Below are positions 53,980-64,000 of a stretch of 64,000 nucleotides of DNA, in pieces. Position 1 is the stretch's first letter. Each line of letters begins with the position of its first letter. The notes below the pieces were generated by a model, which saw only the letters and a program-made list of their open reading frames with translations, did no database searches and was not told the DNA's origin. The stretch is taken from positions 29,264,001 through 29,328,000 of the forward strand of contig OX597824.1 in the NCBI GenBank assembly GCA_951406725.2, read 5' to 3'. Source of the DNA: Octopus vulgaris. Its lineage: Eukaryota. Both the position numbers and the translations under genes were made by a program.

Positions 53980-54365
53980 ACGCAGGCGTGACTGCGTGGT
54001 AAGGAGCCTGGTTCACAATCGCATAGTTCTACCTTTTGTCCAGCTGCGTGGCCCCTTGGTCAAGCGGCTACTACTATACCCTCAGCTCGACCATAGCATT
54101 GTGAATGGATTTTGGAAGATAGGAAAACTGAATGAAGCCCATCGTATGTATTTTTTTATTCTTTTACTTGTTTCAGTCACTTGACTGCGGCCATGCTGGA
54201 GCACTGCCTTTAGTTCTAGCAAATCGACCCCCAGGATTTATTCTTTGTAAGAATAAGTACTTATTCTATTGGTCTCTTTTTCCGAACCGCTAAATTACGG
54301 GGATGTTAACGCGCCAGCATCGGTTGTCAAGCGACGGTTGGTGGGACAAACACAGACACACAAAC

Positions 54366-54423
<58 letters not shown>

Positions 54424-54690
54424 ATACAGAGAGAGAGAGAGAGAGAGAGAGGAGATGCATGTAGTATACGTGTATGGCATATATTAAAAGGTATGTACAA
54501 TGAGTGCTTAGGTCGATTTACCGCTAAAACACCATTAACCCCAGTCCTCAACAGGTACTTGTTTTATCGACCACCGAAACCATAAAAACATAGTTGACTT
54601 CCGTAGAATTTGAACTCAGAACGTAATGACGGATGGAATACGGCCAAGCATTTTCCCCGCCGTGCTAACAATATTGCCAGCTCGCCGCCC
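53980..54690. mobile_element. SINE fragments: B head (+), B tail (-), A (-)
   Basis: 53980-54145 B head, 54155-54365 B tail, 54505-54690 A. Confidence 0.8.
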
Positions 54691-54691
54691 T

Positions 54692-55075
54692 GCTGATATG
54701 CAGGGAATGGTTCTGGACAATTTTGAGATCTTTTGCTTGTGTTTGAGATCATGACGGTCCCACATTCCTGAGACTAGGGCCCATGTTGGCACTGGATATC
54801 TTGACCTGGTTTGTCTCTGAATCACGTACATAGGGTGAAGAGGTTCAATGAAGTGTTGGGCAAGCCTTGTTGGAGCTAAAATTTTAGGCTTTCAATTGCC
54901 GACGAGGTGACTATCTGATGCCCGGTCGAGTAGGAGGGTAGCGCAGCAACAATGGAAGCGGCTGATGCACAAACAGGTGAAGCCGACTGCTGGTGGAATA
55001 ACCTCATGTATGGGCATTGTTGATATTTTGCACAGACAATGGTCATTGATAGCTTTCCTCGGTAACGAGTGGTTA
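54692..55075 (-). mobile_element. Possible decayed LINE ORF2 fragment
   Basis: YVIQRQTRSRYPVPTWA..DLKHKQK loosely matches the post-RT Y...IRP.LEY..P.W..LE..QK motif. Confidence 0.35.
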
Positions 55076-55112
55076 ACTATCATCATGATCATCATTATGA
55101 TCATCATGATCC

Positions 55113-55145
<33 letters not shown>

Positions 55146-55164
55146 CCATCACCACCACAACCAC

Positions 55165-55195
<31 letters not shown>

Positions 55196-56289
55196 TACCT
55201 GACTATCTATCTATTTATCTATTGTATGTATGTGTGTGTGAGTGAGTGAGTGTGTGAGTCTTTCTGTTCGTACTTGCCTCCCCCACACACACACACCATT
55301 GCCGCTTGACAAACAGTTTTGGTTTGCCCGTTCAAAAGCAGCTCACCAAAAGATAACGATAAAATAAGTGTCAGGCCATTTAAATACAAGCGCGGAGGTC
55401 GATTTGTTCAACTAAAACCGTTCAAGACGGTGCTCCATCAGGGCCACACACTAGCGACTGAAGCAAATTATATTTATATATAGCTCCAGTTGTAATCTAT
55501 ATTATTTCTGTCTTTCATGCTTTCTTTCTTTCTTTTCAGTTTTGTAATAGTAAAAACAATCTAGGAAAAAAATAGCTCAGTTTTCAAACCGCAGCTGTTA
55601 ATTAAACAAAAACTAACGCTTTTTCTTCTTCCTTTTTATTCTTCTTACCGCTTTTTAAAGATGTTGGCATCACTAATTAGCAACATTGACAATGAGAGGC
55701 GTCACTTATATCAAGAGATTCTTTTTGTTTGCATTGTTTTTTGATCTGCCTCTCAACAACAACAACAACAGCAACAACAACAAACAACAACAAAATAATA
55801 CTTTTCAGTTTGATTGTTAGAAGCGTTATGGCGGTTATGAAGATGTGCAGAGCGAAAAAAAAAGGTTAGAATCATTTCAACGAGGTGATATCGCGACACG
55901 ATTCCAAAGTCTGCTTGAAGACATTTTATTTCGTTTCATTTCTATACGTGTTCCATTTTCCTCTGCTGCCTCCCAGAGATCTTTCAAAGTCTCACTTCCC
56001 ATTTCCCATCACATCTCCAGTTTTTTTTTCACCCTCCTCTTTAAAACTACATCATTTTTATATCTTTGCAAAAGAAAAAAAATAGAAGCAATAGAAAAGA
56101 AAAACAGAAACAAGGACAAAAAAATTAATGCGACTGTTGTTACAAGTTTGTGGTTTTATGTTTCTTCAAACAACAACAGCAACAACCAAAAACAACAACA
56201 ACAATAACAACAGCAGCAGCAGCAGCAGCAACTGCAGTAATAGTAATGATAACCATAACGGATCCTCCCGTCGTCAGACGACGTATGAG

Positions 56290-56560
56290 GGCCTGCGATT
56301 ATTTGCTGAACAACAACACAAATGATTTGTTTATAGTTATCAAATGTTTGTATTCAAATAGGCTTTCTTCCTCCACTAAATCGACATTACCTGTATAGAT
56401 GCCCGAAGTGCCACATGTCGGATGATGGAATGATCGTAGAGCAACGTGAAGCGAAATATTTTGTTCAAGAAACCGCAGCACAACACCCGGCCTGGGAATC
56501 GAAACCACGATCTCACAATCGGAAGTGCAACATTCTAATCGCTAAGCCATACAGCTTCAC
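56290..56560 (-). mobile_element. Old tRNA-headed SINE
   Basis: Homologous to 47960-48245. Confidence 0.7.
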
Positions 56561-56614
56561 ACAGTTTTCTTTTATTTATTTATGCGCCATTTTCAAGTTT
56601 GTTTTATTTTTTGT

Positions 56615-56687
56615 GGTCGTAAGTGCGGATGGTCGTAAGTCGCAAATGTCGTAAGTCGCATAGGTCGTAAGTAGGGGAGAATGTGTA
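56615..56687 (+). repeat. Four GTCGTAAGT motifs at exact 16-bp period; probable pogo/Tigger-type MITE end
   Basis: Motif starts at 56616, 56632, 56648 and 56664; the block ends ..TGTA. Confidence 0.7.
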
Positions 56688-56722
56688 TAAATATGTGTGT
56701 GTGTGTGTGTGTGCGCGCGCGC

Positions 56723-56757
<35 letters not shown>

Positions 56758-57245
56758 GAGGTCTCTGTTCGGGAATTTTCTAGCTACTAATGACCCTAGT
56801 TTCTGTCTTCAGGTATCGCTTCAGTAAATCCGATCATCACATTATATCCTGTAGTCTTCAGGTATCTTCCAGTCTGGCAATATCTCGGTGATTCGAAGTC
56901 GTAACCGGTTAAGACTTTGGCGTTCTCTTACAAAGTGACACATAAGAAACGTTTCCGACATCTAGGCTAAACAATTCAACCAACCGGGCGATCGACTTAG
57001 TGAATTAGCTTCAGAAATGGCAAAGTATATCTGAGACACTGTACTTTCTGTGTAATTACTATGTAGAATCAGAGTGACAAAGAAATGGCACAAGCCTGTG
57101 TCTTTGAATTATCAGTTTAGTTCATCTAACGTTCTTCTACACAATCTTCCGTTTCCCCAATTTCGTACACACAGCTTAGGTCGACCTGTGGTTAATACAC
57201 TTCCTAAAGATGACGCTGAAGTGTACCAGCGTCTACATGTAAGTT

Positions 57246-57343
<98 letters not shown>

Positions 57344-57439
57344 TATTTATTTATTTATATATATTTATACTTGTGGCGACACTCACCCTGGGCGGGTTGA
57401 GTCGGCTTCTTCCACCAGCCTCGAGGCATCTCGAACCAT

Positions 57440-57482
<43 letters not shown>

Positions 57483-57665
57483 ACCCCACGCCAAATCGCA
57501 GTTGACCTGTCGCGGTTTATAATTTAAGCTTACGTCCATTCTTTCCTGGTGTTGTTTTGCATTTATAATAAAATGAATATATACAAATTATAAAAAAAAA
57601 GAATAAAGATATACAGTACTGTTTCTACTTCACGGATTCTCAACTATTGCGGGGTGGCTTGGAAA

Positions 57666-57783
57666 CAAATTAGGGACTCCAGCATAGAATTAACTGCTAT
57701 ATTTATTGAGTATATATAGAGTTTATAGAGCGGTTAAAAATTTTTGGGACGGACGGACGGACGGACGGCTGGCTAGCTGGCTA

Positions 57784-57858
<75 letters not shown>

Positions 57859-57958
57859 CTTTTCGTTGAGTTTATAGAGCGGTTAAAAATTTTCGGTATG
57901 CAAATTAGGGACTCCAGCATAGAATTAACTGCTATATTTGTTGAGTATATATAGAGTT
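57666..57958. repeat. A-B-(GGAC/GGCT)n-B-A local duplication
   Basis: A: 57666-57723 and 57901-57958. B: 57719-57744 and 57868-57893. Confidence 0.88.
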
Positions 57959-58283
57959 ATATATATATAATATATATAATAATTTTTAGGAGATCAGTAA
58001 GAATTTCATATTCCACTCTCCCAAACATGTCTACCATAATAGCGAGTCTTAATAGAAAAAACATTAAGTTAGCCAGGAGTAGAATGAATAGTAACAACAA
58101 AGATAGTAATTTTAATTGTAATAATAGCATTAACAATAGAAATAATAATGATAATAATAATAATAATGGTAATAATAAAAATAATATTAATAATGATGAT
58201 AACAATAATAATATTAATAATAAAACATTAATGTAAATAGTGATAATAAAAATACCAATAATGTAGGTAGTATAGATAAAAAT

Positions 58284-58886
58284 ATGGTAGGTGGGAATGA
58301 TGGTGAGAATGGATTAATAATTAGTAACCCTAATTTGAATAACAACGTGATTACTAATAATGAAAGTAATACTAATACTAATAATAATTCAAATAACAGT
58401 AATGTAAGTGAACTGGCCTTAAATAATTCCAGAACCGAATACTATCCCCCCAGTTGTAATTGTAGGATTAGATCAAAATGTCCGGTATCTGGTCGTTGTT
58501 CGGTCCAAAACGTAATTTATAAATGCACGATAATAACTTCTAACAATAGCTTTCTTTATTTCGGAGGTTCGGTGGATATTAAAAGACGTCTTAACAATCA
58601 TTTTTCCTCTTTTAGACTCAAACATAAGGCAGGTTGCACAACACTATTTAGCAAAATTTGGGAACTAAAAACAAATAATATAGTATTCAACCTAAAATGG
58701 GATATAGTTAGAAGAGCGAAACCTTATAGAAATAGTAGGGAAGGTTGTCAACTTTGTTCTATGGAAACTTATGAAATTTTAAAACATCAGAGTAATACAA
58801 ATCTGTTGAATAATCGTCTGGAGTTGGGAGGATCTTGTATACATTGCACAACCCGAACGTTTAAATACGTTAAATACAAATTGTGA
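58284..58886 (+). pseudogene. PLE GIY-YIG endonuclease ORF fragment
   Basis: CNC..KCPVSGRC..NVIYKC..YFGG..KRRLNNH..SF..LKWDI..CQLC..E..I..LLN.R.E..SCIH. Out of frame with the upstream linker ORF (58027) and no RT is present. Confidence 0.88.
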
Positions 58887-59462
58887 GTATTCCTATATTT
58901 TACAAATTTTAACTTTTTATAATAAAATAATAGGAAATATACTATACTAGCTTTCAATTTAACATTCATAGATGACTAAAAAAAACTTCACTGCAAAATT
59001 GAAATTGGAATTTTTTCTAAATCTAATCTAGCTTTAAAATTAATAAGGCTTTCCCCCAGTTATAAAATACTATGCCTACTCATAATAATAAGTGATAGGT
59101 TTTCCCTTTTTTTTTCTATAATTTACACTCTCTGTAAATGGGAATAATGACCATTTGACATTGACCTAGTTTCTCTCACCAAATAGTAGTAATTGGCATT
59201 TTGTTAGTGGCAACTACTGTCTTCAACATGAATTCCTTTATGGTAATATGAAACCTCCTTTACCCCATTCCTACAATTAAAATATCTTTATTACTTCTAA
59301 CCTTATAGCAGTTAGGAACAGCCATATCTTGGTCAATCAGTAGAAGGACTTCACCACCTCATATGTTCTTAAAATTCAAATCTACATCTTTGTCTGTATA
59401 TCTACCTTCTCTATAATGTTGCCACTTGATTTGAAAACTTTTGTATTAATGGAAAACATCTA

Positions 59463-59555
59463 TAATTGGCTGATGAGTACTGAGCATCTTAAATCTGTTG
59501 TAATACTTACAACATTTAATAAAATGATGTAGTGCGAAACAATCGTACCAAATTA
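59463..59555 (+). ncRNA. Type I hammerhead ribozyme in the PLE 3' region
   Basis: Stem I UUGG/CCAA; CUGAUGA 59470-59476; long stem II (GUACU/AGUGC, CAUC/GAUG, UGUUGUAA/UUACAACA); GAAAC 59536-59540; GUA cleavage triplet 59545-59547. Confidence 0.8.
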
Positions 59556-59582
59556 CCGGAGTCATTCTTGTTGCTTATTTTG

Positions 59583-59635
<53 letters not shown>

Positions 59636-59638
<3 letters not shown>

Positions 59639-59978
59639 CGCATGAGTGGCTGTGTGGTAAGTAGCTTGCTTACCAGCCACATGGTTCTGGGTTCATTCCC
59701 ACTGCGTGAGTGGATTTGGTAGACGGAAACTGAAAGAAGCCCGTCGTATATATGTGTATATATATGTATGTTTGTGCATATGTTTTTGTCTGTGTCCCCC
59801 CAACATCGCTTGACAACCGATGCTAGTGTGTTTACGTCCCCGTAACTTAGCAGTTCGGCAAAAGAGACCGATAAAATAAGTACTAGGCTTACAAAGAATA
59901 AGTCCTGGGGTCGATTTGCTCGACTAAAGGTGGTGCTCCAGCATGGCCGCAGTCAAATGACTGAAACAAGTAAAAGAG
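59636..59978 (+). mobile_element. SINE B with internal deletion of the CORE-like segment
   Basis: CCCACTGCGTG joins directly to AGTGGATTTGG (GTG microhomology). Confidence 0.9.
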
Positions 59979-60035
59979 CATATACATATTTATATAGACA
60001 TGTATGTATATACAAATATTCACACACACACACAC

Positions 60036-60105
<70 letters not shown>

Positions 60106-60330
60106 GCAGAGCGACGAACGCGCACACACAACACAAATACATACGTACACAAACACACAAACATAGAACATAGACTTGATAGACGCGAAGGTGCGAAGAG
60201 AAGGAGAGGAGGAGGGAGAGAGAGATAAAAGAGAGAGAGAGAAAGATAAAAGAGAGAGAGAGGGTGTAACTGAACAAATTTTATTGACCGATCTCTAAAG
60301 TTATTTAATTGTGGGTTCAACTGTTTCGAT

Positions 60331-60405
<75 letters not shown>

Positions 60406-61568
60406 TATATATACATATGTGTGTGTGTGTGTGTATATATATACACATATATACATAGAAGAGTAGCCTCCAAAATTGTAAATATAAATGGTAAAGACCA
60501 TTTTTAGTAGAGAACTCAGGCTGTCCTCTTTTCTTTTATATCTTCTGGAGACGCCACGAAGCTAGTTTCCCTGTGTAATATAGTTCCTTCTGTCTACATC
60601 GTATAACCTTCGTAAACAGCAGCAGTCCGTCCGTTCACCTTGATATTGCCTTATCGTCTGAATTCCTTCAACCGATTCGGCATTTGACTCCCCCCCCTCA
60701 CAGACAGCAAGACAAAAGACGAGAAGAAAATAAAAATAAATAAATAAATAAATAAATAAAGCGGAAGAAAAATAAGGCGGCCATATTTGTAGTTACAGCA
60801 GTTACAATAGGATGTACGTTAGCGACAGCAGCTACCAGAAATGCATAATGGAATACAAATACGACTGTCATAATAACTGCGACACACGCATGGGCGGACT
60901 GTAATAAATAAATGCTACTGACACACACGGACACACACGGACACACAGTCACACACACACACACAATTACACACACACACAGATACACAAACACACACAC
61001 ACATACACAAGCGCTCCCCCCTCTCTCTCTCTCTCTCTCTTTCGCTTTCTCTCTCTTTTCCTTCTTTCACGCGCGCACACACATACACGTCATACGCAAA
61101 TGTAAACCCAGCACTGCTGACTGACTGACAATAAATAATATCACATATCCAGATATCCAAGCGTAAAGGTTTCGTATATCACAAAATATGCATTAACAAA
61201 TATACAGTTTTATGGATGCGTTCATATTACATAAAATTATACGCACTCCCAACCTACCTCCCACCACACACACACACACACATACACACATATATGTTAT
61301 ATATATGCTTGTATATCTATATCTATCTATCTGTACATATACATACATATATATATATATATAAATTTATATATTTATATGTGTGTGCATGATATACATT
61401 TTATTCTTCATATGAATACTATTAGTACGGATGTGTGTTTGCAAGGGGGTTATGATGTTTTAACCTGTCCTTGCTTCGTTTTACACGGTGAATTTGTGGA
61501 CTGTTTTACTGACCACTGGACCCCATTCAAAATATTTTCGTGAAGTGTATCGCATCAAGGGATAAATA

Positions 61569-61623
<55 letters not shown>

Positions 61624-62240
61624 GCTGTGAGTGAGAAGGAGGGTAGGAAAGAGAGAAATATAGGGAGAGAATTACAAATATTCACGCTCATTTAAAAGAA
61701 TATTCCCTAAAATACACTGCAATAACCAGTCAAAAGAATCCGAGAAGTTGATCTAAATAACAACTGATCCGTTACAAGATCGGATCACATGGCAAAGTTC
61801 AGGGTTAAATAGCTGCTTCCAGATATTTCTCTTCTCTACGTCCCTTTTAAATGAGAAGACTTCGATGAAAAACATTAGAAGCACACGAAAATGTAAGATG
61901 AATTCTGTGGTAACTTAAGTATGTGTTGGCAAATTTGCTACACAAATACGCTGTTTGTTGAACCTTAAATATAAGGTCTTCGTTTCAAAAGGCTACAAAC
62001 GAAATTTAAGAAAGTTGTAAATGTATATGCGTGTGTATGTGTGTATGTGTGTGTGTGTGTGTATGGCAATGTTTAAGTATGTATGGTTATGTGTGTCTAT
62101 GTATGCCTACATATGATTATGTATGTGTTTATGTGTATTTGTCTGAGTGTATGGTGTGTATAGATTTGTAAATATCTATCTAAACTATCGAATTTATATA
62201 TATATGAAGTTCCTGCAATCTACGGATTATATATATATAC

Positions 62241-62279
<39 letters not shown>

Positions 62280-62281
<2 letters not shown>

Positions 62282-62440
62282 GAAGGTTTGGAGATGATGT
62301 ACAGGTATTATATATTAGAAAATTGAGGTAATCAGATCAGATGGTTCATATTTGTAGATATTTATTTATATATTACATTTTTACATATATATCATATCAT
62401 TTGGATTAGCGCTTGCTCCCATTCTAGTGGGTTTTCAAAT
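62280..62440. mobile_element. (TA)n-embedded mini-element
   Basis: Unique ~160 bp between TA runs, starting CGGAAGGTTTGGAGATG (compare the 6150 motif). Confidence 0.5.
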
Positions 62441-62459
62441 ATATATATATATATATATG

Positions 62460-62621
62460 ACAACCGATGCTAGTGTGTTTACGACCCCGTAACCTAGCGG
62501 TTCGACAAAAGAGACCGATAGAATAAGTACTAGGTTTACAAAGAAGTCCTCGAGTCAATTTGTTCGACTAAATGCTGTGCTCCAGCATAGCTGCAGTCAA
62601 AAGCCTGAAACATGTAAAAGA

Positions 62622-62658
<37 letters not shown>

Positions 62659-63300
62659 TATATCTATGTATGTATATTTATCGTTGACTCATTTCACTGA
62701 TCAAACCGCGGCCATGCTGGGGCATTGGCTTGAGGAATTTTTGTCAAACGAATCGATCCTACTGCTTATTCTTTTAAACCCGGTCACTTATTTTATCCGA
62801 TCCTTTTGCCGAACCGCCAAATTATGGGGACGTATTATAGGCCATTATTTTCCGAGTGTTTATATTATATATTTTCAATGATAAAAATATGTAAACACAC
62901 ACACATTTATGTATGTGTGCATATGTACACACACTCCACCACAAATAAACATCACCTCCACCACACACACACACACACACACACGTAATGAAAAGTATGA
63001 AACATCGAAACATTTCTGCATATCTTTTATCCTTTACTTGTTTCTGTCATTAAACTGCGGCCATGCTGGAGCACCACTTTCGAGAATTTTTAGTCGAATG
63101 AATCGATCGCAGTATTTTTTTTTTTTTTTTTTTTTGAAGGCTAGTATAACAAAGAAGCTTCTTTCATTTTCCGCCAACTAAATCCACTCACAAGACTTGG
63201 TCAGCCCGAAACTATAGTAGAAAGCATTTCCCAAGTTAGCATGCAGTGGGACTGAACTCGGAATCATGCTTGGAATCAAGATTCGTACCGCACAGCCAGG
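62460..63300. mobile_element. SINE B fragments in alternating orientation
   Basis: 62460-62622 (+), 62690-62835 (-), 63030-63300 (-). Confidence 0.8.
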
Positions 63301-63360
63301 TAAAACAATAATCTATATATATATATATGTTTTACCTGGCTGTGCGGTACGAATCTTGAT
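63275..63360. repeat. Perfect 33-bp inverted repeat around a 20-nt TA-rich spacer
   Basis: ATCAAGATTCGTACCGCACAGCCAGGTAAAACA (63275-63307) and its exact reverse complement (63328-63360). Confidence 0.95.
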
Positions 63361-63375
63361 ATATATATATATATA

Positions 63376-63418
<43 letters not shown>

Positions 63419-63424
63419 TAAATT

Positions 63425-63596
63425 AGGCGCAGGAGTGGCTGTGTGGTAAGTAGCTTGCTAACCAACCACATGGTTCCGGGTTCAGTCCCACTGCGTGGCA
63501 TCTTGGGCAAGTGTCTTCTGCTATAGCCCCGGGCCGACCAATGCCTTGTGAGTGGATTTGGATGACGGAACCTGAAAGAAGCCTGTCGTATATATG

Positions 63597-63631
<35 letters not shown>

Positions 63632-63850
63632 TTGTGTGTCTGTGTTTGTCCCCCTAGCATTGCTTGACAACCGATGCTGGTGTGTTTACGTCCCCGTCAC
63701 TTAGCGGTTTGACAAAAGAGGCCGATAGAATAAGTACTGGGCTTACAAAGAATAAATCCCAGGGTCGATTTGCTCGACTAAAGGCGGTGCTCCAGCATGG
63801 CCGCAGTCAAATGACTGAAACAAGTAAAAGAGTAAAAGAGAGTAAGAGTA
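63425..63850 (+). mobile_element. SINE B, full length, young
   Basis: A-box TGGCTGTGTGG, B-box GGTTCAGTCCC, CORE-like TTGGGCAAGTGTCTTC, internal (TA)n(TG)n, AGTAAAAG-repeat tail. Confidence 0.93.
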
Positions 63851-64000
63851 ATCTATGTACTAGATTTCATTTTTGGATTTGGTTTGCAAGATTCTTTATG
63901 TGAGTTCCTGCGTTGAAACATATTCTGTTGTGTCTGGGGAGAGTCATTTTCTTTTTGTGCCTTATAGTTTAACACACTCACCGGTAACATTTCCAATTAT

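Larger units (their letters stand above)
57979..59585 (+). mobile_element. Penelope-like retroelement (Neptune-type), 5'-truncated, bounded by (TA)n
   Basis: VRISYSTLPNMSTII linker, Asn-rich spacer, Zn-knuckle plus GIY-YIG, 3' UTR with hammerhead. Confidence 0.88.

Noticed and set aside
56788-56868. CTGAAGA (twice) ...GAAACTAGGGTC on the - strand
   Set aside because: No stem I complement follows GUC and there is no stem II.

Overview
AT-rich, non-coding eukaryotic DNA made almost entirely of microsatellites ((TA)n, (TATG)n, (TG)n, (TCTA)n, (AAT)n, (CTT)n) and transposable elements. The SINE content and microsatellite load suggest a coleoid cephalopod such as Octopus (inference, not checked against a database). 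No host protein-coding exon can be supported, and nearly all listed ORFs are microsatellite or SINE translations. Recognisable elements are three tRNA-headed SINE groups (my labels A, B, C; dozens of copies, some with TSDs, nested or multimerised), decayed Tc1 and mariner transposons, MITEs, CR1-like 3' fragments, a 5'-inverted RTE LINE, two R4/Dong-like RLE fragments in (AAT)n, and a 5'-truncated Penelope-like element with a GIY-YIG ORF. The most interesting layer is a set of predicted self-cleaving ribozyme folds, all folded by eye and untested. These are an HDV-like double pseudoknot lacking P4 at the head of a ~180-bp element (30003-30082), a canonical hammerhead at the Penelope 3' end (59463-59555), minimal hammerheads in (TA)n-embedded mini-elements (15389, 43151), and two hammerhead folds whose C3-G8 core pair is swapped to G3-C8 (21757-21806) or A3-U8 (43441-43485).
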